The notes beneath the pieces are model-generated. The model searched no databases. It was not told the DNA's origin and worked only from the letters and a program-made list of their open reading frames with translations. From positions 96,001-160,000 of the forward strand of contig CAWFXA010000002.1 of NCBI GenBank assembly GCA_963819655.1: 64,000 nucleotides of DNA, read 5' to 3'. The stretch comes from an uncultured Chloroflexia bacterium (GTDB lineage: Bacteria > Chloroflexota > Limnocylindria > Limnocylindrales > CSP1-4). The position numbers and the translations under genes were made by a program. Every line of letters starts with the position of its first letter. Position 1 is the stretch's first letter. This document shows positions 38,281 to 47,030 of this stretch, in pieces.

Positions 38281-39867
38281 TCAATAGTCGGTCGGGACTC
38301 CGCCCTCGGCGACCCGGCGCGCGACGAACGCCTCGAGCTCCTCGCGGACGGCGGCATCCATCGGCGGCGGTTCGTATGCGGCCAGCAGCTCTTTCCAGAT
38401 CCGGTTCGCCTTGCTCGGCACCTCCGGAGAGCCGGCCTCTTCCCACGTCTCGAAGTTGCGCCAGTCGCTGAGCATCGGCTTGTGGAACGCCGTCTTGTAC
38501 CGGCTTTGGGTGTGCTCGGTCCCGAAGAAGTGGCCGCCCGGCCCGACGTCCTGCATCGCCTCGAAGGCGAGCGACGCGTCGTCGACGACGACGGGATCGA
38601 GGAACGCCTCGACCATCCCCAGCAGCTCCGCGTCGAGCACCATCTTCTCGTAGCTCGCGTGGAGCCCGCCTTCCATCCAACCCGCCCCGTGCATGAGCAG
38701 GTTGACCCCGCCCATGATCGCGCCCCACAGCGAGAACACCGACTCGTATGCGGCCTGCGCGTCGAGCGCGTTCGCGGCATTCACGTTCGACGAGCGGTAG
38801 GGCACCCCGTAGCGCCGAGCCAGCTGGCCGCCGATCATCGCGGTCCGCATGTACTCAGGCGTCCCGAACGCCGGCGCGCCCGACTGCATGTCGACGTTCG
38901 AGGTGAAACCACCGTAGATCACCGGCGCGCCGGGCCGGACGACCTGGGTCAGGACCATCCCGGCCAGGGCCTCCGCGTTCTGCTCGGCCAGGGCACCGGC
39001 GAGCGTCACCGGGGCCATCGCGCCGGCCAGCGTGAACGGCGTGATGCATACGACCTGGTTGCGTTCGGCGAACGCCATGATCCCCTGGAGCATCGGAGCA
39101 TCGAGTCGGAGCGGTGAACTGGAATTTACGACGGTGAACACCGACGGCTCGGTGTCGAGCGTTTGATCCTCGATCCCGCGCGCGATGCGGACCATCTCGA
39201 GCACGTCGATGTTGCGCTGGCGCCCGAGGCTGTAGCAGTGGATGGCCTTGTCCATCAGCGTCAGGGCGTCGAACGTCGCGTGCAGGTGGCGCACGCCGTG
39301 ATGGATGTCGACGGGCTCAACCGGGTAGCCGGCCAGGAAATGGACGGTGTTGAGCGCCTGACCGAGGCGCAGCAGGTTCTGGTAATCGACCCGGTTGCCG
39401 ATGCGTCGACCACGGTCCAGGTCGGACACGTTCGGCGGACTGCCGACCGTCCCGAATGCGACCCAGTCGCCGCCAAGCTGCAGGTCGTGGGCGGGGTTCC
39501 AGGCGTGCAGCGCGAACGTCGAGGGCGCTGTCTTGATCGTCTCGGTGACCATCTCGGGGTCGAACCGGACGCGCTGTGTATCTGGCGAGGTCTCGGCACC
39601 AGCCGCTCGCAGCGCCTCCCGCGCGTCTGCGTCGAGGAAATCCATGCCGAGCTCTGACAGGACGCGCAGCGACGCGTGGTGGATCGACTCGATCTCGTCG
39701 GCCGACAGCACCTCTGTCGGGCCGTAGCGCATGCGCGGTTGTGCCCACGGCCGCTGCATCGGTGCACGGCTGCGCTCGTGCCCGGCGCGACCACCACCGC
39801 GGCGACGCTGCAGCCCCTGGCCGGCCGCCGAGTCCATGTCCGTCGTCATGGGCGTCTCCTCAGCCAT
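38281..39867 (-). CDS. Non-pyrrolysine trimethylamine methyltransferase family (MttB/MtgB-like)
   Basis: NSSSPLRLD, PFTLAGAMAPVT, GGFTSNVDM..GAPAFGTPE, HGAGW.EGGL; no in-frame amber codon. Confidence 0.93.
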   Translation of the reverse strand: MAEETPMTTDMDSAAGQGLQRRRGGGRAGHERSRAPMQRPWAQPRMRYGPTEVLSADEIESIHHASLRVLSELGMDFLDADAREALRAAGAETSPDTQRVRFDPEMVTETIKTAPSTFALHAWNPAHDLQLGGDWVAFGTVGSPPNVSDLDRGRRIGNRVDYQNLLRLGQALNTVHFLAGYPVEPVDIHHGVRHLHATFDALTLMDKAIHCYSLGRQRNIDVLEMVRIARGIEDQTLDTEPSVFTVVNSSSPLRLDAPMLQGIMAFAERNQVVCITPFTLAGAMAPVTLAGALAEQNAEALAGMVLTQVVRPGAPVIYGGFTSNVDMQSGAPAFGTPEYMRTAMIGGQLARRYGVPYRSSNVNAANALDAQAAYESVFSLWGAIMGGVNLLMHGAGWMEGGLHASYEKMVLDAELLGMVEAFLDPVVVDDASLAFEAMQDVGPGGHFFGTEHTQSRYKTAFHKPMLSDWRNFETWEEAGSPEVPSKANRIWKELLAAYEPPPMDAAVREELEAFVARRVAEGGVPTDY

Positions 39868-41368
39868 CGGACAGGTCGATCCAGGTCGTCTTGAGCTGGG
39901 TGAAGCCGTCGAGCGCGTGGAGCGACTTGTCGCGCCCGAAACCCGACTGCTTGTAGCCGCCGAACGGCACCGTGATGTCGGCGGTGTCGAAGGTGTTGAC
40001 GAAGACAGTCCCCGCCCTGAGCGCCCGCGCGAGGCGGTGCGCCCGCGTGATGTCCCGCGTCCAGATGCCGGCCGCCAATCCGAACGGCGTGTCGTTGGCG
40101 ATGCGCAGGCCGTCCGCCTCGTCCTCGAACTCCGTGACGGTCAGGACCGGCCCGAAGATCTCCTCGCGGGCGACCCGCCATCCGTTGTCGACGCCGTCGA
40201 GGATCGTCGGCGGGACGTAGTAGCCGCCGCTGTCCTCGAGCACACGCTCACCGCCGGTGACGAGCCGCGCTCCTTCGCGCTGTCCGAGCTCGACGTAGCC
40301 GAGGACCTTGTCGAGTTGCTTCGCGTCGACGATCGAGCCGAGCCGCGTCGCCGGGTCGAGTGGCTCGCCCGGGGCCATCCCGCGTCCGATCTCCGCGACG
40401 CGCTCGACCAGCTCTTCCCGCACGGACCGATGGACGATCAGGCGCGACCCGGCGTTGCAGGTCTGGCCGCTGTTGTAGAAGATCCCGTCACCGATCGACG
40501 CGGCCGCCGCTGCCAGGTCGCCGACATCCGCGAGCACGACCTGCGGGCTCTTGCCGCCGAGCTCGAGCGAGATCGCCTTGATGTCTGTGTCGCCGATCGC
40601 CCGCAGCAGCGATTTCCCGACCTCGGTCGAGCCGGTGAACGCGATCTTGTCGACACCCGGATGCCGCGCGAGCGCCTCGCCGAGCACGGCGCCCGGACCC
40701 GGCACGACGTTGAGGACACCGTCCGGCACCCCAGCCGCCGAGGCCAGCTCCGCGAGCCTCAAGGCGCTCAGCGGCGACGCCGACGCGGGCTTGAGGACCA
40801 CCGAGTTGCCGGTGGACAGCGCTGCACCCAACTTCCACGCCGTCACGATCAGCGGGTAGTTCCACGGCACGATCGCACCGACCACGCCGATCGGCTCGCG
40901 GGTCACCAGCGACAGGGCATCCGGGCCGGTCGGGCCGACCTCGCCGTACAGCTTGTCGATCGTCTCTGCGAACCACTGGATGGTCTTGGCGGCGGAGGGC
41001 ACGTCCACGGCGAGCGTGTCGCGGATCGGTTTGCCGACGTCCAGCGACTCGAGCAGCGCGAGCTCATCGCGGTGCGAGCGGATCGACTCGGCGAGCTTGA
41101 GGAGGATGATCTTGCGCCTGGCGGGCGACATGTCGGCCCAGCGCCGATCGTCGAACGACGCCCTCGCCGCCGCGACCGCGCGGTCGACGTCCTCGACGCC
41201 ACCCTCGGCAACACGCGTGATCACCCGGCCGTCGCGTCCGGCGACGTCGTCGAACGTCCGACCGGACGCGGCCGGCACGAAGCGACCGTCGATGAATGCC
41301 TCGTTGCGCGGCTCGACCGCGTCCGCTCGGGCGATCCAGTCGGCGGTGGTGGGCGCGGTCGCTGTCAT
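39860..41368 (-). CDS. Aldehyde dehydrogenase (PuuC/BetB-like)
   Basis: PWNYP, FTGSTEVG, LELGGKSP, GQTCNA, EEIFGP. Confidence 0.95.
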   Translation of the reverse strand: MTATAPTTADWIARADAVEPRNEAFIDGRFVPAASGRTFDDVAGRDGRVITRVAEGGVEDVDRAVAAARASFDDRRWADMSPARRKIILLKLAESIRSHRDELALLESLDVGKPIRDTLAVDVPSAAKTIQWFAETIDKLYGEVGPTGPDALSLVTREPIGVVGAIVPWNYPLIVTAWKLGAALSTGNSVVLKPASASPLSALRLAELASAAGVPDGVLNVVPGPGAVLGEALARHPGVDKIAFTGSTEVGKSLLRAIGDTDIKAISLELGGKSPQVVLADVGDLAAAAASIGDGIFYNSGQTCNAGSRLIVHRSVREELVERVAEIGRGMAPGEPLDPATRLGSIVDAKQLDKVLGYVELGQREGARLVTGGERVLEDSGGYYVPPTILDGVDNGWRVAREEIFGPVLTVTEFEDEADGLRIANDTPFGLAAGIWTRDITRAHRLARALRAGTVFVNTFDTADITVPFGGYKQSGFGRDKSLHALDGFTQLKTTWIDLSDG

Positions 41369-42474
41369 GCCGCGTACCTCCGGATCGAGACGTCGTCGAG
41401 CGCGGCCCCAAGGCCAGGGGTCGCCGGGACACGGAGGATGCCCTCGGCATCCGGCCGGATCGGCTCGGCGAGGAACGCATCGCGTCGCTCCGGGGTCCAG
41501 CCCGGCGGGTCGTATGGGAACTCGAGGAACGGGCCGCCACCCACGCCGGCCGCGACGTGGAGGTTGGCGAGCAGGCCCAGACCGTTCGTCCAGGTGTGCG
41601 GGGTGAACCAGCGGCCGCGGGCAAGAGCGAGCTCCGCCAGCGTCCGGTTGCGGAGCATCCCGCCCGCGAGCACGACGTCCTGCTGGTACACGTCGAACGC
41701 ATCTGCATCCAGGGCAGTCAGGCCCTCGTGATGGGTCCGTGTCATCTCCCCGCCGGCGATCCGGATGCCGAGCCCCGACGCACGCAATGAGGCGAGCCCC
41801 CGCAGGTCCGTGCCGATCAATGGCTCCTCGAGCCAGAGGACGCCCAGATCGGCGAGACGCGCGGCGATCTCCCGCGCGGCGGTCACGTCGATCGACGGCG
41901 TGATGTCGCCGGCCATCCGCCAGCCCTGGTTCAGGTCGACCATGATCGCCATCGACTCACCGACCGCGACCCTGGTCGCCGTGACGGCCGCGAGCCCCTC
42001 GTCGAGGCGGCGCGGGTCGACGCGGATCTTGAGCGCCCGGAACCCTTCCTCCCGCAGTCGCAGCGCGGATTCGGCGCGTTCCGCCGGCGGCAGGAGCATC
42101 CCGCACGAGGCGTAGGCGGGCAGCCCATCGCTCGCTCCACCGAACAACGTCGCGACAGGGACACCGGCCACCTGGCCGGCGATGTCCCACAGGGCCGCCT
42201 CGAGTGGCCAGTAGCGCCCAGCGTGGAAATCGATAGTCTCGAGCACGCGAACGTGGCGCGCGATCGCCAGCGGGTCCTGCCCGATGAACAGGTGCTCGAA
42301 CGCCTCGAACCCGTCCATCGTGTCGCCCGAACCGATGCCGGTCACACCCTCATCGGTCTCGATGCGAACGATCGTGACCGGGAACTCCGTGCGCGGCACG
42401 GGATCCCAGGCGGCCGGGAAGGGTGGCTCAAGCGGCACGCGCAGCCGCTGGAGCCGGATGGCACTGATCCTCAC
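41365..42474 (-). CDS. Mandelate racemase/muconate lactonizing enzyme (enolase superfamily)
   Basis: ALWD..G, KIR, metal ligands VDLN / WLEEP / GGE, PHTW, PGLG. Confidence 0.92.
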   Translation of the reverse strand: MRISAIRLQRLRVPLEPPFPAAWDPVPRTEFPVTIVRIETDEGVTGIGSGDTMDGFEAFEHLFIGQDPLAIARHVRVLETIDFHAGRYWPLEAALWDIAGQVAGVPVATLFGGASDGLPAYASCGMLLPPAERAESALRLREEGFRALKIRVDPRRLDEGLAAVTATRVAVGESMAIMVDLNQGWRMAGDITPSIDVTAAREIAARLADLGVLWLEEPLIGTDLRGLASLRASGLGIRIAGGEMTRTHHEGLTALDADAFDVYQQDVVLAGGMLRNRTLAELALARGRWFTPHTWTNGLGLLANLHVAAGVGGGPFLEFPYDPPGWTPERRDAFLAEPIRPDAEGILRVPATPGLGAALDDVSIRRYAA

Positions 42475-42560
42475 CAGCGCAGTATCGCCGACCGGCTCCG
42501 GAAGCCGCGTCCCTGGGCTGCTGCGGTACCCTGACTGCTCCCCCAGACACCGGAGACCCT

Positions 42561-43310
42561 GTGACCACGGCCCTCGACCGACCCCCCGAAGAAGCTGGCG
42601 AAGACACGTCGTTCGCCCGCGGGCTGCGCGTCTTCCTGACCATCGCCGACCGTGGCGAGATCCGCGCGGACGAGCTCAGCACGCTCCTGGAGACGCCGCT
42701 CTCGACGATCTACCGCTACCTGCGCACGCTGACCGAGTTCGGGTTCGTGGAGCGCCATGAGGGCGGCTATCGACTCGGTGCACGCCTCCACCTCATCGGT
42801 GGCGGCCCGATCGTGACGGCCGAGGAGCTCATCAGGGCGGCGGAACCGGTGCTCGCCGACCTCGCCGTGACGACGCGGGAGACGGCCTTCATCAGCCGCC
42901 GGATCGGACTCGGCGCGATCAGCCTCGCGGGACAGCCGTCGCCCCAATCGCTGCGTGTCGTCGTCGAGACCGGGCAGACGGGTCCGCTGCACCTCGGCGC
43001 CGTCGCGCTGGTCCTGCTCGCGTACGCCCCACTCGAGGTGCAGGACGCGGCACTGGCCGAGGTGGCGGAGGGAGCGACCATCCGACGCTCGCTGCCCGCG
43101 GTCTTGTCCGCGGGCTTCGCGCAGGACGACGGCCTGACGTTCACCGGGGCCATCACATTGGCTGTGCCCGTCCTGCAGGACGATGAGATCGTGGCTGCAC
43201 TCGGGGTCGCCGCGCCGTCGGAGCGGGCCAGTCGCCGCTGGCAGTCCCGGGCGCGGACGGCGCTCAGGCGGTCGGCCACCGAGGTCGAGACCTCGCTCGG
43301 GGTGGTCTGA
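42561..43310 (+). CDS. IclR family transcriptional regulator
   Basis: RGL..STIYRYLRTL..GFV HTH, PLH.GA, LAVPV; divergent from the operon. Confidence 0.9.
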   Translation: MTTALDRPPEEAGEDTSFARGLRVFLTIADRGEIRADELSTLLETPLSTIYRYLRTLTEFGFVERHEGGYRLGARLHLIGGGPIVTAEELIRAAEPVLADLAVTTRETAFISRRIGLGAISLAGQPSPQSLRVVVETGQTGPLHLGAVALVLLAYAPLEVQDAALAEVAEGATIRRSLPAVLSAGFAQDDGLTFTGAITLAVPVLQDDEIVAALGVAAPSERASRRWQSRARTALRRSATEVETSLGVV

Positions 43311-43362
43311 CCGAAACACGCGGTCGGTACTATCGCGATATGGCATCGGGACTTTCCACAAT

Positions 43363-43391
43363 TTGACAATCGGGCCACCGGAGCGGATGCT
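43363..43391 (+). promoter_or_regulatory. Sigma70-type promoter
   Basis: TTGACA-17nt-GATGCT, 9 nt before ATG 43401. Confidence 0.6.
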
Positions 43392-43400
43392 GCGCGTGTC

Positions 43401-43868
43401 ATGGACGCGCTGGCCGCACTCGGACCCGTCTCCGACTCCTACGCGTGGCTGCCCGTCGCCGATGCCTTCGACTGGAACGGTGTCTCGCAGCAGCTCGGCG
43501 ACGGCGAGTGGTATCTCGTCGCGTTCCGCTCCGTCCATCGACCCGATGCTGACGAAGCGCGCCTGGCCGAGTACGACGAGCGCGCCCACCTCGAGGCCGC
43601 CACGGCCCCGGGTTTCGTCCACTACTTCAAGGGACCCACGGCCAACGACGGCACGTGCCTGTCGTTCTGCCTCTGGACGTCACGCGCGGAGGCGCGCGCG
43701 GCCGCCGGGCGACCCGATCACCTCGAAGCGATCACGTTGCTCGATGAGATGTACGAGCGCTACACGCTCGAATTCGTGCGCGTGACCGGGCGGGTCGGGC
43801 TGCCCCTGTCGTTCGCGCCATATGACGCGCCGGTCAGCGACGACCCTGCGACCGAGCGGGCCGCCTAA
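43401..43868 (+). CDS. Hypothetical protein, dimeric alpha/beta barrel-like
   Basis: YLVAFRS..D..AH.EA..GF..YF.G..C.W.S..A..H pattern. Confidence 0.75.
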   Translation: MDALAALGPVSDSYAWLPVADAFDWNGVSQQLGDGEWYLVAFRSVHRPDADEARLAEYDERAHLEAATAPGFVHYFKGPTANDGTCLSFCLWTSRAEARAAAGRPDHLEAITLLDEMYERYTLEFVRVTGRVGLPLSFAPYDAPVSDDPATERAA

Positions 43869-44848
43869 CTCGCGGCGGGCTCCTCGTCCCGCGACCCGGT
43901 CGACAGACCCACGCCGAGTCGCAGCGCGGAGACCGCGCCGCCGACCGAGGTCACCAGCAGGATCATCGCGTGGACGAGCAAAGCCATCGCGAAAGCTGAA
44001 TCGGCGTCGACACCGACCCGCGTCGCGATCCCGACAGTGGTGAGCTCGAAGGTGCCGAGGTAGCCGGGGCCTGAAGGCACGATCGTGGCGAGGGCGACGC
44101 CGCTGGAAAGCAACGCGCCCTCGACGGGACTCAATTCGATCCCGAGCGCCCGGCCGCCGAGGACGAATGTCAGGATCGAGAACGTCCAGGCGATCGCGCT
44201 GAACGCGAGCGCTGCGACGACGGTCCCAGGCCGGCTGACGACCGCGAGTCCCTCGCGCAGCCGGCGCGCGAGATCGAGGATCCGCGGGAACCGCTCGGCC
44301 GCAACGCTGACGCGCTCGGCGCCCGGCAATCGATGGCTCAGGACCGCGACGACGAGGCCGACGACCAGGACGCCCACGAACACGGCACCCAGCACGACCC
44401 CGGTCGCGACGATCCCACTGACGTCGAGGATCACCACGGACAGTGCGGCCAACCCGACGACGATCACGGTGTCGAGAATCCGCTCGACGACGACCGTGCC
44501 GAGGACAGTCGTCCGGCTCACGCCCTCCCCCTCGCCGAGAGCATGGCTGCGGACCAGCTCGCCGAGACGGGCTGGCAGGACGTTGTTGGCGAGGTAGCCG
44601 ACGAACGTATACCCGATCACCCGCATGTATGCGAGCCGGCGTATAGGCGCCAATAGTGCCCGCCAGCGAGCGCCACGCGCCGCGACGTCGAGCGTGACCG
44701 ACACGACCATGAGCAAGACGATCCGTGGGTCGGCCTGGCTGAGGACGTCGAGGGCGTCCTCGACGTCGACCGACTGGAGAAGGATCGCCACGGAGGCGAC
44801 ACTGATCGCGATGCCGAGGACCGCGCGGAACGCGGTGCGGCGGCTCAC
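43865..44848 (-). CDS. Lysylphosphatidylglycerol synthase TM-domain (UPF0104/flippase-like) protein
   Basis: RW..LL, NNVLPARLGE..R, ERILD, PSGPGYLGTFE. Confidence 0.9.
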   Translation of the reverse strand: MSRRTAFRAVLGIAISVASVAILLQSVDVEDALDVLSQADPRIVLLMVVSVTLDVAARGARWRALLAPIRRLAYMRVIGYTFVGYLANNVLPARLGELVRSHALGEGEGVSRTTVLGTVVVERILDTVIVVGLAALSVVILDVSGIVATGVVLGAVFVGVLVVGLVVAVLSHRLPGAERVSVAAERFPRILDLARRLREGLAVVSRPGTVVAALAFSAIAWTFSILTFVLGGRALGIELSPVEGALLSSGVALATIVPSGPGYLGTFELTTVGIATRVGVDADSAFAMALLVHAMILLVTSVGGAVSALRLGVGLSTGSRDEEPAAS

Positions 44849-45603
44849 GGGCGCCGGGCAGTCAGCTTCTTCGACGGGCGCAGGCGCAGGCGATGGAGGA
44901 GATAGCGCCCGACGACGCGCAGCGTCGAGAGGCCATAGACCACGCTGCGGCGGAAGCCGACGGAGCTGGCCTCCTCGAAGTAGCGCGTCGGCACGGCGAT
45001 CTCGCCGATCCGCTCGCGCATCCCCGCCGCCACCACTTGGGCGATCAGCTCCTGGTCGAAGACGAAGTCGTCGCTGTTGGCGTGATACGGGATGGTCTCG
45101 AGCAGGTGCCGGCTGTAGGCACGCAGGCCCGTGTGGTATTCGGACAGGCGCAGACCGAAGGCGATGTTCTCGACCGTCGTCAGGAACCGGTTGCTCACGT
45201 ATTTCCAGGTCGGCATCCCACCGGCCAGTGGGTCGCCGAGGAACCGGCTCCCGAGCATGAGATCACGCTCGCCCTTGGCGATCGGCTCGACGAGCGCGGG
45301 GATCCGGGTTGCGTCGTACTGGTAGTCGGGATGGAGCATCACGACGACATCGGCGCCGGCCTCCAGCGCCGCGTCGTAGCAGGTCTTCTGGTTGCCGCCG
45401 TAGCCCCGGTTCTGGGCGTGGATGATGACGTCGAGGCCGAGCTGGCGCGCGATGTCGACGGTCTCGTCGCCTGACACGTCGTCGACGAGGATGATCCGGT
45501 CGATCAGGGCGTGCGGGATATCGGCGTACGTCCGCTCCAGCGTGAGAGCGGCGTTGTACGCGGGCATGACGATGATGATCCGGGGATCGCCTTGGTGGGC
45601 CAC
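44845..45603 (-). CDS. GT2 glycosyltransferase (DPM synthase-like)
   Basis: MPAYN, VDDVS.D, NRGYGGNQK, HPDYQY, GSRF. Confidence 0.92.
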   Translation of the reverse strand: MAHQGDPRIIIVMPAYNAALTLERTYADIPHALIDRIILVDDVSGDETVDIARQLGLDVIIHAQNRGYGGNQKTCYDAALEAGADVVVMLHPDYQYDATRIPALVEPIAKGERDLMLGSRFLGDPLAGGMPTWKYVSNRFLTTVENIAFGLRLSEYHTGLRAYSRHLLETIPYHANSDDFVFDQELIAQVVAAGMRERIGEIAVPTRYFEEASSVGFRRSVVYGLSTLRVVGRYLLHRLRLRPSKKLTARRP

Positions 45604-45696
45604 GGCGCGAAGCGTAGCGGGTGGACAGCGGTCACGGGACCGTCATCGAGGTTGTGCGACGATACCCATTCCGCGCCAGGAAGGATCTCCCGTCCC

Positions 45697-46302
45697 ATGT
45701 TCGAACGACTCTTCGGCAACACCGCCGTCGACCCCGCCATCGCCGAGCGCATCCCGCCTGGTCAGTACAAGACGGAAAAGTTCCCGGTGCTCCACTACGG
45801 CTCGGTCCCGCACACGGACCTCGCGACCTGGGACTTCAAGGTGTGGGGCGAGGTCGATGCGCCGTTCATGCTGACCTGGCAGCAGTTCAAGGAGCTGCCA
45901 CGCAAGCAGATCCACACCGACGTGCACTGCGTGACCCGCTGGTCGAAGCTGGACACCGATTGGGAGGGTGTCCCGATCCAGACGATCCTCGAGCTGGCCC
46001 AGGTCCGCCCGAGCGCCACGCACGTCGTCAGCCACGCCGAGCAGGGCTACACGGCCAACCTGCCGCTCGAGATCCTCGACGACGATGACGTCCTGCTCGC
46101 CGACACGTACGACGGCCAGCCACTCGAGCCCGAGCACGGCTACCCGCTGCGGCTCGTCGTCCCGAAGCGGTACTTCTGGAAGAGCTCGAAGTGGATCCGC
46201 GGTCTGGAGTTCCTCGACCACGATCAGCTCGGCTTCTGGGAGCGCTACGGCTATAACAACAACGCCGATCCCTGGAAGGAAGAGCGCTTCACAGACGACT
46301 AA
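45697..46302 (+). CDS. Sulfite oxidase-like molybdopterin-binding oxidoreductase
   Basis: PPGQY, DVHCVTRWS, HGYPLRLVVP..YFWKS.KW, GFWE..GY. Confidence 0.92.
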   Translation: MFERLFGNTAVDPAIAERIPPGQYKTEKFPVLHYGSVPHTDLATWDFKVWGEVDAPFMLTWQQFKELPRKQIHTDVHCVTRWSKLDTDWEGVPIQTILELAQVRPSATHVVSHAEQGYTANLPLEILDDDDVLLADTYDGQPLEPEHGYPLRLVVPKRYFWKSSKWIRGLEFLDHDQLGFWERYGYNNNADPWKEERFTDD

Positions 46303-46342
46303 AACGGGCACCTGCCTCGCTGCGTCAGCTCCACCGTCCGCG

Positions 46343-47003
46343 ATGCCGGTCACGCACCGCGCCTTCGTCCTCCGCCACACCCGACTCCGACCGGTCCCGG
46401 GGCTCGAGGAGATCCGCCTCCATCTGGCCGACGAAGTCCTGCCCCTGTGGCATGCCACACAGATCGAGACGGGCAACCCGGATGCCCCGCTGCCGTACTG
46501 GGCATTCGCCTGGGTGGGCGGGCTCGCGATCGGGCGGTACCTGCGCGACCATCCGGAGGCCGTGGCCGGCCGCCGCGTGTTCGATCTTGCTTCCGGTTCG
46601 GGGCTGTGTGCGATCGCTGCGCTGGGTGCCGGCGCTACTTCGGCGACCGGCGCCGACATCGATGGCTTCGCGGCCGCGGCGATGGAGCGCAACGCGCGCG
46701 CCAACGGCCGGCGGATGACGGTCGTGGATCGCGACGTGCTGGACGAGGCGGCGCCCGAGGTCGACATCATCCTGGCCGGCGACTGCTGGTACGACGCCAG
46801 GCTCGCCGAACGGGTGCTGCCGTGGCTCCGGCGTGCCCAGGCGCGCGGCGATCGAGGTCCTGATCGGCGATCCCGGGCGCCGCTACCTGCCGGCCGACGA
46901 GCTGATCGAGCTCGCCTCGTACGACGTCCAGACGACGACCGAGCTCGAGGACCTCGCGCGCAGGACCGGCAGGGTTTACGCGCTGCGACCGACGCCGCGC
47001 TGA
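46343..47003 (+). pseudogene. Class I SAM-dependent protein methyltransferase (PrmA/ETFB-like) with frameshift at about 46850
   Basis: PYWAFAW.GG, DLASGSG, AGDCWY; extra G in ggc G atc gag; shifted frame gives IEVLIGDPGRRYLP..ELED. Confidence 0.8.
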
Positions 47004-47030
47004 GTCCGACGCCGCGCTGAGCCCGCTCCT

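Noticed and set aside
38247-38780. MttB-DMGDH overlap or fusion suggested by the 1000-aa ORF
   Set aside because: Upstream part is an alternate frame of mttB; DMGDH starts at GTG 38246 after GAGGA
38281-39867. Pyrrolysine recoding in MttB
   Set aside because: ORF is uninterrupted, with no in-frame TAG and no pyl genes
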